From positions 5,564 through 56,495 of the forward strand of contig MQRK01223825.1 of NCBI GenBank assembly GCA_001938485.1: DNA of 50,932 nt. Reading direction: 5' to 3'. The stretch comes from Girardia tigrina. Its lineage: Eukaryota. How positions within the stretch are numbered: position 1 is the stretch's first letter; each line of letters begins with the position of its first letter. Positions 1 through 10,794 of the stretch are shown piece by piece. The notes below the pieces were generated by a model, which ran no database searches, was not told where the DNA came from, and saw nothing but the letters and a program-made list of their open reading frames with translations. A program made the position numbers and the translations under genes.

Positions 1-107
1 GTGTTAATATATGTAAAATTTTAAATTGTAATAAATGTTATTTTTCTGTTGTATATTCATTTTTTGAACTTTATGTCATTTTGTTCTCAAATAGCTGCCG
101 CACCCTG
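1..107. mobile_element. Terminus of a Tc1/mariner-type DNA transposon (rest lies left of the window)
   Basis: ...gctgccgcaccctg followed by TA at 108-109; reverse complement CAGGGTGCGGC is a typical IS630-Tc1-mariner TIR start; it abruptly precedes Gypsy pol sequence. Partner TIR not visible. Confidence 0.45.
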
Positions 108-112
108 TATAT

Positions 113-1427
113 ATGAAAATATCATCAAAACCAATAATTCCTCGATTTCAGACTTGACTGGATAACATGGCAGAGTTTGATTTCAAGCTGGAATACCGAA
201 AAGGTGAGAATCATTTAAATGCGGATGCAGTATCACGATTATATGAAGAGGAATGTGCACAGTGCCAAATTAAGCATGAAGATCCAAAATGTAAGAAAGC
301 TAAAGTGAAACATATTAATTCGGTAGCGATTCAATCGACGTTGACTTAGATCAAAGAGGAACAGGATAAATGCGAGGATATTGGAAAAGGGAAAAGAATA
401 TTAGAGAATACTCGCGAGGACCCATATCAAGGGTCTGATGATTTAGGACAAGGGCAGAGGGTTTGATTGTAAAAGAAGGATTAGTTGGGCGGTTAGAGGG
501 GAATTATGTTTTACGTTAGTTCCGAAAGGTATAAGAAAAGAGTTTATGAAAAGAATTCATGTTGATTTGTGTCATTTGGGTATAAAAAAACAAAACGGTA
601 TATAATTTTTTTGTCCCAGAATTGGCGAAGGAAGTGAAACAGTAATTTCGGAATGTGACGAATGCCATCGTAGGAAGGCATTAACAGAGAAAACAAAAGA
701 AAAATTCATTCCAATACAATATGATGATTTTTTAGAACAATTGGTGATAGATATTGCTTTCATTGGAAATAGAAATTCAAATTATCCGTATTTGTTAGTG
801 ATAGTAGATCAATTCTCAAAACTAGTGAGTTTGACTGAAATCAGAACGCAATCCGATGATATTGTAATTCGATGTATTCTGATTAAATGGATTTATAGAT
901 TTGGTAAATTAAAACGAATTTTAATGGATAATGGAACGTGTTTCACGGGTAAGAAGTTCAAGGAATTCTTTCAAAAACATGGGATTGAACATCGGTGTAG
1001 TAGTCAATTCCAGCATCAATTCAATGGACTCGCAGAACGATATATTCGGACAGTGAGAGATATGTTGGTGACAACCAATGGAGAGAAGGCTAAACAGATG
1101 TGGTGGGATATAATTCCCAAAATTGAGTTTTCGTTTAATGCGATAGTACAAAGTACAACCGGATTTTCCCCATTTGAAATTGTTTTTAAACGGAAAATAA
1201 ATTTGCACGTGGCTTGAGGAGTATCACTGATGAAAAATGGAGAAGATATTAAAAAGATGGTGAAAGTAATGCGGAGAGAGCAGCAAACCATATGGAACAG
1301 TGGGATAGAGAAGAGAACAAAGAGAAATTTCGAAGAGGGTCAACAGGTTATGGTACAGATAGAGCCTCAAAAACAAAAGAAGGATGCTTTTCCTATTTGT
1401 AGAATTACAGAATCGAGCAGATGGTAG
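113..1427 (+). pseudogene. Gypsy/Ty3-type pol 3' remnant (RNase H end, H2C2 zinc-binding region, DDE integrase), disrupted
   Basis: AEFDFKLEYRKGENHLNADAVSR (RNase H C-term); IHVDLCHLG...ECDEC; ORF 741-1217 with VIDI..VIVDQFSK..MDNGTCF..NGLAER..TTGFSPFEI; stops and frameshifts present. Confidence 0.9.
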
Positions 1428-1488
1428 ACGGATACGAAGAAGAATGGAATGGCTCAAGAAGATATGAACCTCAAATTTCAGAGGGAGA

Positions 1489-1608
1489 AGTTATGGAAAT
1501 ATTAATAAAATACGAATTATTAATAAAGGTTTGTTTAAATTAACTATTTGTGTTATAATAATAAAATTTGAATTGATAAGTGTCTTAATGGAGTCGAATA
1601 TCATAACT
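1489..1608 (+). repeat. Putative 120-bp 3' LTR
   Basis: Preceded by purine tract AGAGGGAGA; termini AGTTATG...CATAACT are perfect 7-bp inverted repeats; directly follows integrase. Confidence 0.65.
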
Positions 1609-2348
1609 ATTATTATTTTTAATTAATATTTTTAAAAATTAAATATTTTACAAAGATTTAGAAAAAATGTTCAAATAATCAAGATTAAAAAGAGAAATAA
1701 AAAAACAATTAGAACGATTTTCCTATAGTTGTGATGACTATATACGATAATAGTAAAAATTCAAATGAAAATTGTCTCAATGTTCTTAATAATACAGAAA
1801 CATAAAAATTAAATATCTTTACTAAACAAAAAAATAATATTTTGTAAATAAAAAAGAAAATGAATTTTAAGTTAACTTCAATATATTCTTTTTGAAATTC
1901 AGAATTTTACATTTACCAAAAATTTTTCAATTCGAAACACCAAGAGTTGAATTACAGTGTTCAATTGATTTTAATTAAAAAGTTTAATTTTAAGTGTCAA
2001 ATTTTCTTGATATATTTTTTTGAAATTTTCTCTAATTATTATAAATTTATTTTAAAAGCAATTTGAATTTCGAATAATAATAATTCACAAATTATAAATC
2101 ATGAATTCATACTTTAAAAATTATACTTTAAGTTATTATATCGCCTAAATCTCTATCAGAAAAATGAAAAAAATAACTTACTAATTTGTGATTTTGAAAA
2201 AATATTTACAATGTCTCATATTTAACGGATAAAAAAATTTCAATTTAATATAAATATTTTTACAAATGATAATCTTCACTGATGCTATTTGTTTAAATAA
2301 TACAATGTTTTGCAACACTATTTAAACGAAAATAATTAAGATTCATCG

Positions 2349-2705
2349 ATGTCTGACGCAAAATCCGAAAATTCAAAAATCTTAATGACCGTGATTTCAG
2401 TATTTATATCTGCAGCAGTATTCATAATCATGTCCATCGTGGTCATTATCAAGCGGCACATGTGCATTCGTAGTGCTCGCTACACGAAAGCAGTTTACAC
2501 GCCGATTGGCCACGGATTGCCTAAAGTACATGATAAAAAATTACCATAGGTTTTTCTAATAAAACTCATAACATCTATCAAGAACGTGCGAGTTTCTGTC
2601 GAGCAGGAAATAAATGCCACTCGACGAGTTTATGTCGAGCCGAAAATTTTCACCGAAGAATATGAAGAAAATATCGATGAGTATTTGAAGAGAAGTTCGA
2701 ATTAA
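2349..2705 (+). CDS. Putative small single-pass membrane protein (about 110 aa) with a 24-nt intron (2526-2549) or 57-nt intron (2526-2582)
   Basis: Hydrophobic segment ILMTVISVFISAAVFIIMSIVVII followed by KRH; in-frame TAG sits inside GT..AG interval gtacatgataaaaaattaccatag; the same frame continues to NVRVSVEQEINATRRVYVEPKIFTEEYEENIDEYLKRSSN*. Confidence 0.5.
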
Positions 2706-3017
2706 AATTATAAAACACTTCCGTTCTTTCTTCACCGTACTATAAATAATTTTTCGTACCCTTTTCTTGGCCAATATGTTTTTAATGATTTATCTTTAAT
2801 TTTAATGAAAACAAATTTAAGAAAATGTTTATTAAAGACTTTTCTTCGCTCCTCATCCCAGAAGCCTGAGTTTAAAAGATGTTTTTGACTAATTTCCAAT
2901 CAAACTCATATTTCAATTAATATATTTTAAATGATAAAACGGAAAATTACTAGAAAATGTTTGATTTTTTTGATAATAATAATAATTTGACAAGATTGTA
3001 TAAAGAATATGTATCAT

Positions 3018-3661
3018 TATATATATATATATATATNNNNNNNNNNNNNNNNNNNNNNNNNNNNNNNNNNNNNNNNNNNNNNNNNNNNNNNNNNNNNNNN
3101 NNNNNNNNNNNNNNNNNNNNNNNNNNNNNNNNNNNNNNNNNNNNNNNNNNNNNNNNNNNNNNNNNNNNNNNNNNNNNNNNNNNNNNNNNNNNNNNNNNNN
3201 NNNNNNNNNNNNNNNNNNNNNNNNNNNNNNNNNNNNNNNNNNNNNNNNNNNNNNNNNNNNNNNNNNNNNNNNNNNNNNNNNNNNNNNNNNNNNNNNNNNN
3301 NNNNNNNNNNNNNNNNNNNNNNNNNNNNNNNNNNNNNNNNNNNNNNNNNNNNNNNNNNNNNNNNNNNNNNNNNNNNNNNNNNNNNNNNNNNNNNNNNNNN
3401 NNNNNNNNNNNNNNNNNNNNNNNNNNNNNNNNNNNNNNNNNNNNNNNNNNNNNNNNNNNNNNNNNNNNNNNNNNNNNNNNNNNNNNNNNNNNNNNNNNNN
3501 NNNNNNNNNNNNNNNNNNNNNNNNNNNNNNNNNNNNNNNNNNNNNNNNNNNNNNNNNNNNNNNNNNNNNNNNNNNNNNNNNNNNNNNNNNNNNNNNNNNN
3601 NNNNNNNNNNNNNNNNNNNNNNNNNNNNNNNNNNNNNNNNNNNTATATATATATATATATA
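3018..3661. other. Assembly gap flanked by (TA)n microsatellite
   Basis: N run 3037-3643 bordered by TA repeats; other N gaps near 13.9-14.4, 14.75, 22.0, 26.75 and 34.6-34.9 kb. Confidence 0.95.
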
Positions 3662-3754
3662 CAGTTGTACCCGCCTAATCCACTTAGAAATGAAAGGGGG
3701 CTTTTAAGAATTTGGCGGATTAAAAAAAAGAAGAAATTTAATAAAATTTATTGA

Positions 3755-6291
3755 TTAAAAGACTTTCATAAAATAATTATCAAGTGTATTTGTCTGTTTT
3801 TCTGATTTTGATCTTTTTCGCACATATTCCAACAAAGAATAAACATTTTTTAAAACGTTTTTATCAACACACTCCTCATTCTCTAAAACTTTTATAATTT
3901 CATAATTTACTGTAAGTATTTTCTTGAAATCATCTGGAGTAGATCTTCTGATATGAATAAATTCTTTATTTTCTGTTTGATTTTCTTCATCTCGATTCTT
4001 TCCATTTTTAATAAATTCTAAAATTTCTTCATGTGATTGCGGTTCAAATGTCACATTTTCTTCTTGATTATTAACAATCTCGTCAACAGTTATGATACCT
4101 GGTAAATTTAACTCACGTGATAATTCCTTTAGTTCTGACATGTCAATTTCAACAAGTTTCGCCCCTTCTGGATAATAAATGTAAAAATAGTTGATCCCGG
4201 GATAATGATGGATCAATTATTTTTACTTACGATAAAAGCAATTAAAATGAACTGAATCAACAAAGTATAAAAAAAAACCAAATCAATGATAAAAAAAAAC
4301 TTTAATCCAAAAAAAAATAAAAATAACCTTCGTACTTTAATTCAAAATTCATTAAAACCACAAAAGCATCAAAAATCATTCTATTATCATGAACGGTAAT
4401 TAATTATATTGTTATTTATTAATCGATTAATTTTTATTGATCTCTTTTTTTTAGTAGAATTAAAAGAATTTATCAAAATATTAAAATCATCAACAATCAA
4501 CCAGGGATTCTCATATTCGCCATCATATAATTTTTGATTGATAATTGATAATGATACTGGCTTATAGTTTATTTTAGAGGTATCATGAGTATTTGAATTT
4601 TTCGAATCATTTAAACTCAAAAACTCTTGAACGTTTTTATCATTCTTGATGAAGTCAAAAAGCACTTTAAATTCCGTATTTAATTCTTCTTTAGTCCGTG
4701 ATTTTAACGGAGAATCTTGCTTATTGACTATTTCTACCGCTGTTGTTGTCATTTATTATTTTACTATTGTCAAGAACCTTAATACCGAATGGAATGGCTC
4801 GAATCAAATCTTTGCCCCTCTTGTTGTAGGATTTTTTGAATATCAGTGTAAAAATATTATTAATGCATGAATAAATCACAATAAGAAATACATAAGTCTG
4901 ATTATCGTGAAAATAATATCTGGTCTCGTACATACATCATTCAAAGGTCCTTAGCCTCATTGTACAAAAATGAATCGAAACATAAATCCATTATACATCA
5001 CCTTCATCGCACACAGGAAACCCTATGTACAAAGAGCAACTAATCAAACCAAGACTTTGTACAAAAGCAAAAGAAAGAGTATAACATCTACACACAAAGC
5101 TTACGAAAGTAGCGTTTTACAATAAATATTCATTGTTATCGGAGATTGTTTCCAACATTGAGAAATTGTCTGTTATGTCACTTTATCCCAGGCAAAGTAT
5201 CAACATCTTTTAAAGTAAGACTTCTGTATGCATCAAAAACGGAAATTCCTGAATTAATACATGTCAGCACTTTGAGCATTTGCTGCTTTCTAAAAAACTT
5301 TTAAATGATCTTATTACACCCAAGTCCAATGGCTGTGTTTGGAGGCAGAAAAGCTATTTTAACATTTGACAAAGGAATCTGCGTGTGACTTGGACAGTTA
5401 TCAACTAATAAAATAATTTTTCTATTTTGTTTTCTCATTTTTTTGATTTAATTTTGTTATCCACGATTTATACAATGTAGAAGTCATCCATCCATTTCTC
5501 GAGGAACCGTATTCTATGTAATCTTGAAAATTGAAAGAATTAAAAGAACACGGCTTTATTGCTGTACCAATCATAAAAGGTGGAAGTTTTTCATCTGTTA
5601 AAGAAACACAAAATACCAAGGTTATTCTTGAAAGTAATTTTTTATTTCCTTTAATAGGAGCCTTTGAATTAGATCGGATGGGAACTGAGCGATAGTAAAG
5701 CCCAGTTTCATCCATATTAAAAATATCACGTGAATCGTAATTAGACATTAAAATTTTAATCGATTCTATTTCTTGAGAAAAAATCATTAATTTTAACATT
5801 TGCCATCTCGCCTTGCACTTTTCTTGCTTTCATTCCTATTCTCCTCTTTAAACGCGACAGAGTACCGTTTGACATACTGTAATTCTCTATATTAAGCTCC
5901 GCTGAAAACAATTCTGTCTGAGAGATAATTATTGCTTCAGTTATGGGATTGTTAATTGCTTCTTGATTATCACACCATAATTCTAAGGCTTTTTCTAAAT
6001 CTGGATATGCTGGTTGTACAATTTTCTTTGTTCCTGCCCTCGTATTGGCCGCTGCAGCCAATATAGACTCATCATGCTTCAAAATTTCACCAATTGTTCG
6101 CCTAATCGACGCCCCGTCTATTCTGCAATCCCCGCCCAATATGCGTTAAAATCATCAAATTATGAATTTTTTTTATTCTTTTTAAACTTCTCATCAAAAT
6201 AACACTTCAATTGAGCGTGTGTTGTCTTCTTAAATTTCTTCTTATATTGAATTATTTCTTCTTTTTGATCAAAACTTAAATGAATTCCCAT
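3755..6291 (-). pseudogene. Tigger-like transposase (HTH, CENP-B HTH, DDE_1), frameshifted and interrupted
   Basis: YPDLEKALELW..PITEAII; IFNMDETGLYY; LLVDNCPSH; PLDLGVIRSFK; AWDKVT..TISQCWK; C-terminal KQTNTLDNYF. Confidence 0.9.
4387..4752 (-). pseudogene. Divergent bromodomain fragment resembling CBP/p300, located inside the Tigger element
   Basis: KPVSLSIINQKLYDGEYENPWLIVDDFNILINS resembles the CBP/p300 bromodomain segment PMDLSTIKRKLDTGQYQEPWQYVDDVWLMFNN; EEL motif upstream. Confidence 0.6.
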
Positions 6292-6589
6292 TTTAAAGGA
6301 TAATATTAAAACAAATTTATTAAAAACTTAGTAAACAACTTTAAAATGACGAAATTAATTACGAAAGGGATGAATTCATCGAAACTCTTTATAAACTTGA
6401 TAAAAATAATAATAAAAAAATTTAAAATTGTTTTTTTAAACGCGGATTAGGCGGGGATTGGCAGATTGAGAAATTTTCATTAAAATATGAGTTCAATGCG
6501 CCAAAAATTCATAATTTGATGATTTTAATGCATATTGGACGAGGATTGCAGAATAGACGGGGCGCGGATTAGGCGGGGACAACTGTATA

Positions 6590-6900
6590 CATATATTTCG
6601 AGAATATAATTTGATTAAAGCTTTTTTATATAATTATTGGACATGTTTCGATGTTTATATACATCATCATCAGCAATTTGAAAACAATTTTAATAGATAC
6701 ATTAACTGTAAAAGGTATATTAGGGATTTTATATTATTATTTATTAAAGTATTATTGGGTAATAATGGGAAAAATATTTTAATTAAAAATTTCAAGTATT
6801 GAAATAACCTTACTTTGCCCATTCTGAATGTTAATTGATGGGTTGTAGTGTCTTATTAGTAGAGATTCACAAAACTGTCGTTCGTAATGTGAATCAAAAC
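6590..6900 (-). mobile_element. Penelope-like element 3' remnant (GIY-YIG C-terminus plus pLTR)
   Basis: Minus-strand translation FDSHYERQFCESLLIRHYNPSINIQNGQS; hammerhead motif downstream. Confidence 0.75.
6636..6677 (-). ncRNA. Minimal type I hammerhead ribozyme (PLE-associated)
   Basis: ATTG CTGATGA T GATGT atataa ACATC GAAA CATG TC CAAT: intact core, 4-bp stem I, 5-bp stem II, palindromic ACATGT stem III, GUC cleavage triplet. Confidence 0.85.
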
Positions 6901-6962
6901 CCTTTTGTAGAACAGAAAACTCATCTTTTGAAATGGATGAGGTTCTATCCTTACAACATAAC

Positions 6963-7323
6963 CATCTTCAGGTCACTAATTAATAATCAATTCACCTGAA
7001 TATAAATACAAAAATGATGGTTGCGTAATCTATTGCATGGAATCATGTTAATAAAAAAATCAATGTTCAATCGGCAGTCTCAACCTGCTTATTGACAATT
7101 TTATTATTGTTTTTCTAATAATTTTTAAAACATAAAAAACCTATTTATATTTGAAGGTTAATTTAATTATAATGCATTTGAAAATTGTTTTCAAAAATTA
7201 AAAAATGTAATAATATTAAAAGCATGATTTTTGATTAGCAAAATTTCATGCAATCGATTACATAATCATCATTTTTGTATTTATGTACAGGTGAATCGAT
7301 TATTAATGGGTGACCTGAAGATG
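6963..7323. repeat. Imperfect inverted repeat (about 100-bp arms, 6963-7066 and 7221-7323), pLTR-like
   Basis: catcttcaggtcac..ttcacctg..aaatacaaaaatgatg mirrored by catcatttttgtattt..caggtgaa..gtgacctgaagatg. Confidence 0.8.
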
Positions 7324-7350
7324 ACGATAGATCCGTTGAAATATATTGTC
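7312..7350 (+). ncRNA. Minimal hammerhead ribozyme
   Basis: GAC CTGAAGA T GACG atagatc CGTT GAAA TATA TT GTC; stem I GAC/GTC, palindromic ATATAT. Confidence 0.6.
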
Positions 7351-8223
7351 TTGAAATATATTTTTTAATGGATGAGTGTTGTTTTGAATATTAAAAGCGT
7401 CATTAAATTGAGTCTTATCCATGTGTTGTAACACTATTAAATTCAGATAGATCTTGTAATAATTTTTTTGGGAATTAAAAAATTTTAATTTTAAATTATT
7501 TAAAAATACTGACAAAAATTAAAAAAATGTTCCTTGGTGTGGGAGAACGGATGAAGTTTCTTAAATTAATTTTCTGTTGAATTATATGCTTATTTGTTTT
7601 ATTTTCATAAAATTCAGAAGACATAACGTATATTTATCGATTAAAAGTAGTGGAAGAATATAAAGAATTGAGTGAGACATAAATACAATTCTATTTGATA
7701 TGAAGTCACGATTTAAAGACACTGACATGGTTTATTTTGAATTAAAGTTCTGGCATCCACACAAATTAAAAAAATATTTAGAGTAGGTCTTAGTAAGCTC
7801 TAAACTATAAATATGTTCGGCCGAATTCAAAAAATCGGTAAAAATATTTAAATATAATATTTTTAAAAAATTCAACGTAATAGGAAAAAATCTCACTTTA
7901 ATATGAAATATATATTTTAAATATATTTATATTTAGTGTATTAAAATTAAAATTTTATGAAAATTATATTTCATTTGAAACATAAGATAAAAATTAAAAT
8001 CTTTCATTTTTAATTATATTTATTAGTTTTTAATTATTATAATTTTGTTTATTGATTTAGTAGAATTTAATTTTTCGTATTTAAAAAAATTTTTAATGTA
8101 AAAATATTTCTAGAGATTAAATTTATGCTTTAAATAATAGCAGTTGCTTTTTTCTTTTATATTTAGTATATGCTTTAAAAAAATAAATTAAAATATTAAT
8201 AAAAAATTCTTAAGCCAATCAAA

Positions 8224-8262
8224 GTTTATTAATTTCGACAGTTTAACCGTCATCGTCAGAAC
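8224..8262 (-). ncRNA. Minimal hammerhead ribozyme
   Basis: GTT CTGACGA T GACGG ttaaa CTGTC GAAA TTAA TA AAC; palindromic ATTAAT. Confidence 0.75.
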
Positions 8263-8290
8263 AAATGATTTTTCAAACGAAATTCACTTA

Positions 8291-9345
8291 CAAAGTGTCC
8301 CACAGGGTATGCCTTCGTTAATTTGATGTTAAATTGAAGTTTAGGGTCTATATATTGTATATTGACTAATAAAATTTTTTTAAAAATCTAGCATCATAAC
8401 AAGTTACGTAACTATTTTTTTCAAAAAATTTTGGAAAAACAAGTTAAACAATGACTTATTTTATAGATTATTCAATTTTAAACGACTTTTTTGAAGTAAA
8501 CATATTCCATAAAATGAACAGTAACAAAGTTATTCAATGAAAAACAATATTTATTAATATAAAAGATTTTCAAAGTGAGATCCTTCTGAAACAATTACAT
8601 TTCTTAATCGTCGTTCAAAGTTGTTTACAAATCTTTTTAACATTTCAGGAGTGATCTCTCGAATCCTGACTTCAATTCGATTTTTTAAATCTTCCAAATT
8701 AACCACTTGAATTCTATAAATACCATCCATTATGAATCCCCAAAGAAAATAATCGCATGGATTCAAATCAGGTGAATAAGGAGGCCAACATATTCTTTTA
8801 CCAGTAAATTTCTCTGAATCCAATCCAATTATTTGACCGTCGATATGTTCTGAAAGATATTCGAATACTTTGCAGGTTCTATGCGGTCTAGCACCATCTT
8901 GTATGAAATAAGTCGCTTATTTTTCCCAAACCATACACATAATGTACCACTTGTTTTTGAAGAATGTTTCAATAAACCGTTGATTTAATATTTTCAGAAA
9001 AGATAACCGGTTCAATAATCATTTCTGAAGATATGCCACACCCGATAGTTAATCTTTTCGGATGCAAGAGTTTAATAATGGAATAATGTGGATTTTCTGA
9101 TTCCCAAATTCTACAATTTTGCTTATTAACGTATTCTTCCATTTGAAAGTGCGCTTCATCTGAAAACAAAATCTTTCCGAAATCAATATCGTTATTTTCT
9201 GCCATTGTCAACATTTGATTTGCAAATTCCAAACGTCTTTCACCAGAAAGTTGATTTATGGGTTGATTGGTTTGAATCCTGTATGGAAATAATCACAATT
9301 TCGTCTTGATAATTCTTTGTACCGATGATTTACTGATGTCACTCT
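8291..9345 (-). mobile_element. rosa/DD41D-like Tc1-mariner transposon, 5'-truncated, defective
   Basis: ILFSDEAHF..YVNKQNCRIW; QDGARPH; WPPYSPDLNPCDYFLWG; EGSHFENLL; TA+CAAAGTGTCCCA TIR-like end at 8291. Confidence 0.85.
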
Positions 9346-9600
9346 CTCCCAATAATTTTTTAAATTGAGTGCACAGAATTTTAAAGTGTTGTGAATTTAT
9401 ATCTCCTTTACATTGTCTTCTATGTCCTGCAATGTTACTTCCACCTTCATTGCGACTGTGTTCCTGGATTCTCTTGCAGAGATGACGTGAAGTCTCTTCA
9501 ATGTATTTGACGTTACACCCAATACATGTATATTGGTAAATGAGATCCGAACACAATCCTAAAGGTGTTGGAGATTTATTACCGAACATACTTTCAGTTG
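9346..9600 (-). mobile_element. Penelope-like GIY-YIG endonuclease fragment
   Basis: LIYQYTCIGCNVKYIEETSRHLCKRIQEH..NIAGH..C..FKIL. Confidence 0.85.
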
Positions 9601-9825
9601 GGAGAGAGTGACATATGAAAAATAATTCTTACATCGATAAATGGCGTTTTTGTTATTAAAAATATATAAGATTATCAAAATATATAAGATCTTTGGATCC
9701 TAAAATTAACGTTCAAACTGCATTCTCTACAACATTGAGAGTTTTTTTAATGATGTACTGATTACATATTGATTGCATAATCAATAGCTGCACTAAATAA
9801 GTAAATTTCGTTTGAAAAATCATTT

Positions 9826-9864
9826 GTTCTGACGATTACGGTTAAACCGTCGAAATTAATAAAC
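9826..9864 (+). ncRNA. Minimal hammerhead ribozyme (inverted copy of 8224-8262)
   Basis: GTT CTGACGA T TACGG ttaaa CCGTC GAAA TTAA TA AAC, inside a ~90-bp inverted repeat (8205-8290 versus 9799-9888). Confidence 0.7.
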
Positions 9865-10113
9865 TTTGATTGGCTTAAGAACTTTTCATTTGACAATTTG
9901 CCAATTTTATTTCAATTTATTTTAAATATTAATATTTAATAAATTAATCTTCTTAGTGTTTTAAGTTATTTCTATCCAATCATAATTCTGCAAATGTCAT
10001 GTGTTTGATAGGGACTCTTTTGTTTTTGTTGTCATTGTTTAAAAATCTGTTCTATCAATGGACGATCCTCGAAATGAAATAATAAATAATTAAATATATT
10101 TAAATATGAAATA

Positions 10114-10790
10114 AATAACAAAAACGCTATTTATCGATGTAAGAATTATTTTTGACATGTTTCTCCTTTACAGGCATCTTCAGGTCTTCTGTTTGAGGTT
10201 TGTAAAGCGATCTTCTTTAATACTTGCTTGATTGTTATGTAAGTGGTATTACGTAACTAGTGGATTAATTTTATTGATGTCAATTAAGATGTGATTGAAT
10301 GTTTCATTCTGCACATTCAAGCATGGTATGAAATACTTATTAGAACTGCTTCTGTGATGATCCTTTCACTACCATTATCAAAATTCGAGTTCAATATTTT
10401 GAATTCACTTTTCCACTTGAGAGTTTCCCGATCTTTACATCTCGTCAGATATTCTAGAATTGAACTTTTCCTACTCTGTTGAGAATGTTCGGCTACCCTA
10501 TTGCGGAGATGACGGTTTGTTTCTCCAATGTACAAGGCTTGACACTTGTGACATGTAAATCGGTAAATTAGGTTGGCCTTAATTCCTAATGGAGTTTTAG
10601 ATTTGTTCGTAAAATATCGGGAAGATTTGTTTGTTGTGAAAATAATTCTTGCTTTAAATCCATGAGGGATGTTCTTTATTAATACCTTTTTAAGTTCTTG
10701 AGCCCAATCTGAGTACTGAAGTTTCAAAGTTAACGGGACCAGCTCGGTAATTTCTGAGTTCCTTTCATTGTTGCAGATATTATCTCTCGA
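10114..10790 (-). mobile_element. Penelope-like element 3' remnant with GIY-YIG domain and degenerate hammerhead (10154-10186)
   Basis: ORF 10317-10727 LIYRFTCHKCQALYIGETNRHLRNRVAEH..FKIL..ITEAVLI; downstream CTGAAGATGCCTGTAAAGGAGAAACATGTC; 10114-10153 has an inverted copy at about 9617-9658. Confidence 0.85.
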
Positions 10791-10794
10791 GATA

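Larger units (their letters stand above)
3662..6585 (-). mobile_element. pogo/Tigger-type DNA transposon, full-length but defective, with about 1 kb internal foreign insert
   Basis: TIRs CAGTTGTACCCGCCTAATCC / GGATTAGGCGGGGACAACTG, TA on both sides; CENP-B-like transposase inside. Confidence 0.92.

Noticed and set aside
2957-3754. Long ORFs running through X residues (also 13755-14672, 21866-22252, 34526-34909)
   Set aside because: Artefacts of N gaps and (TA)n repeats
9293-9589. ORF looking like a GIY-YIG/transposase fusion protein
   Set aside because: Chance in-frame junction of two truncated elements, followed shortly by a stop
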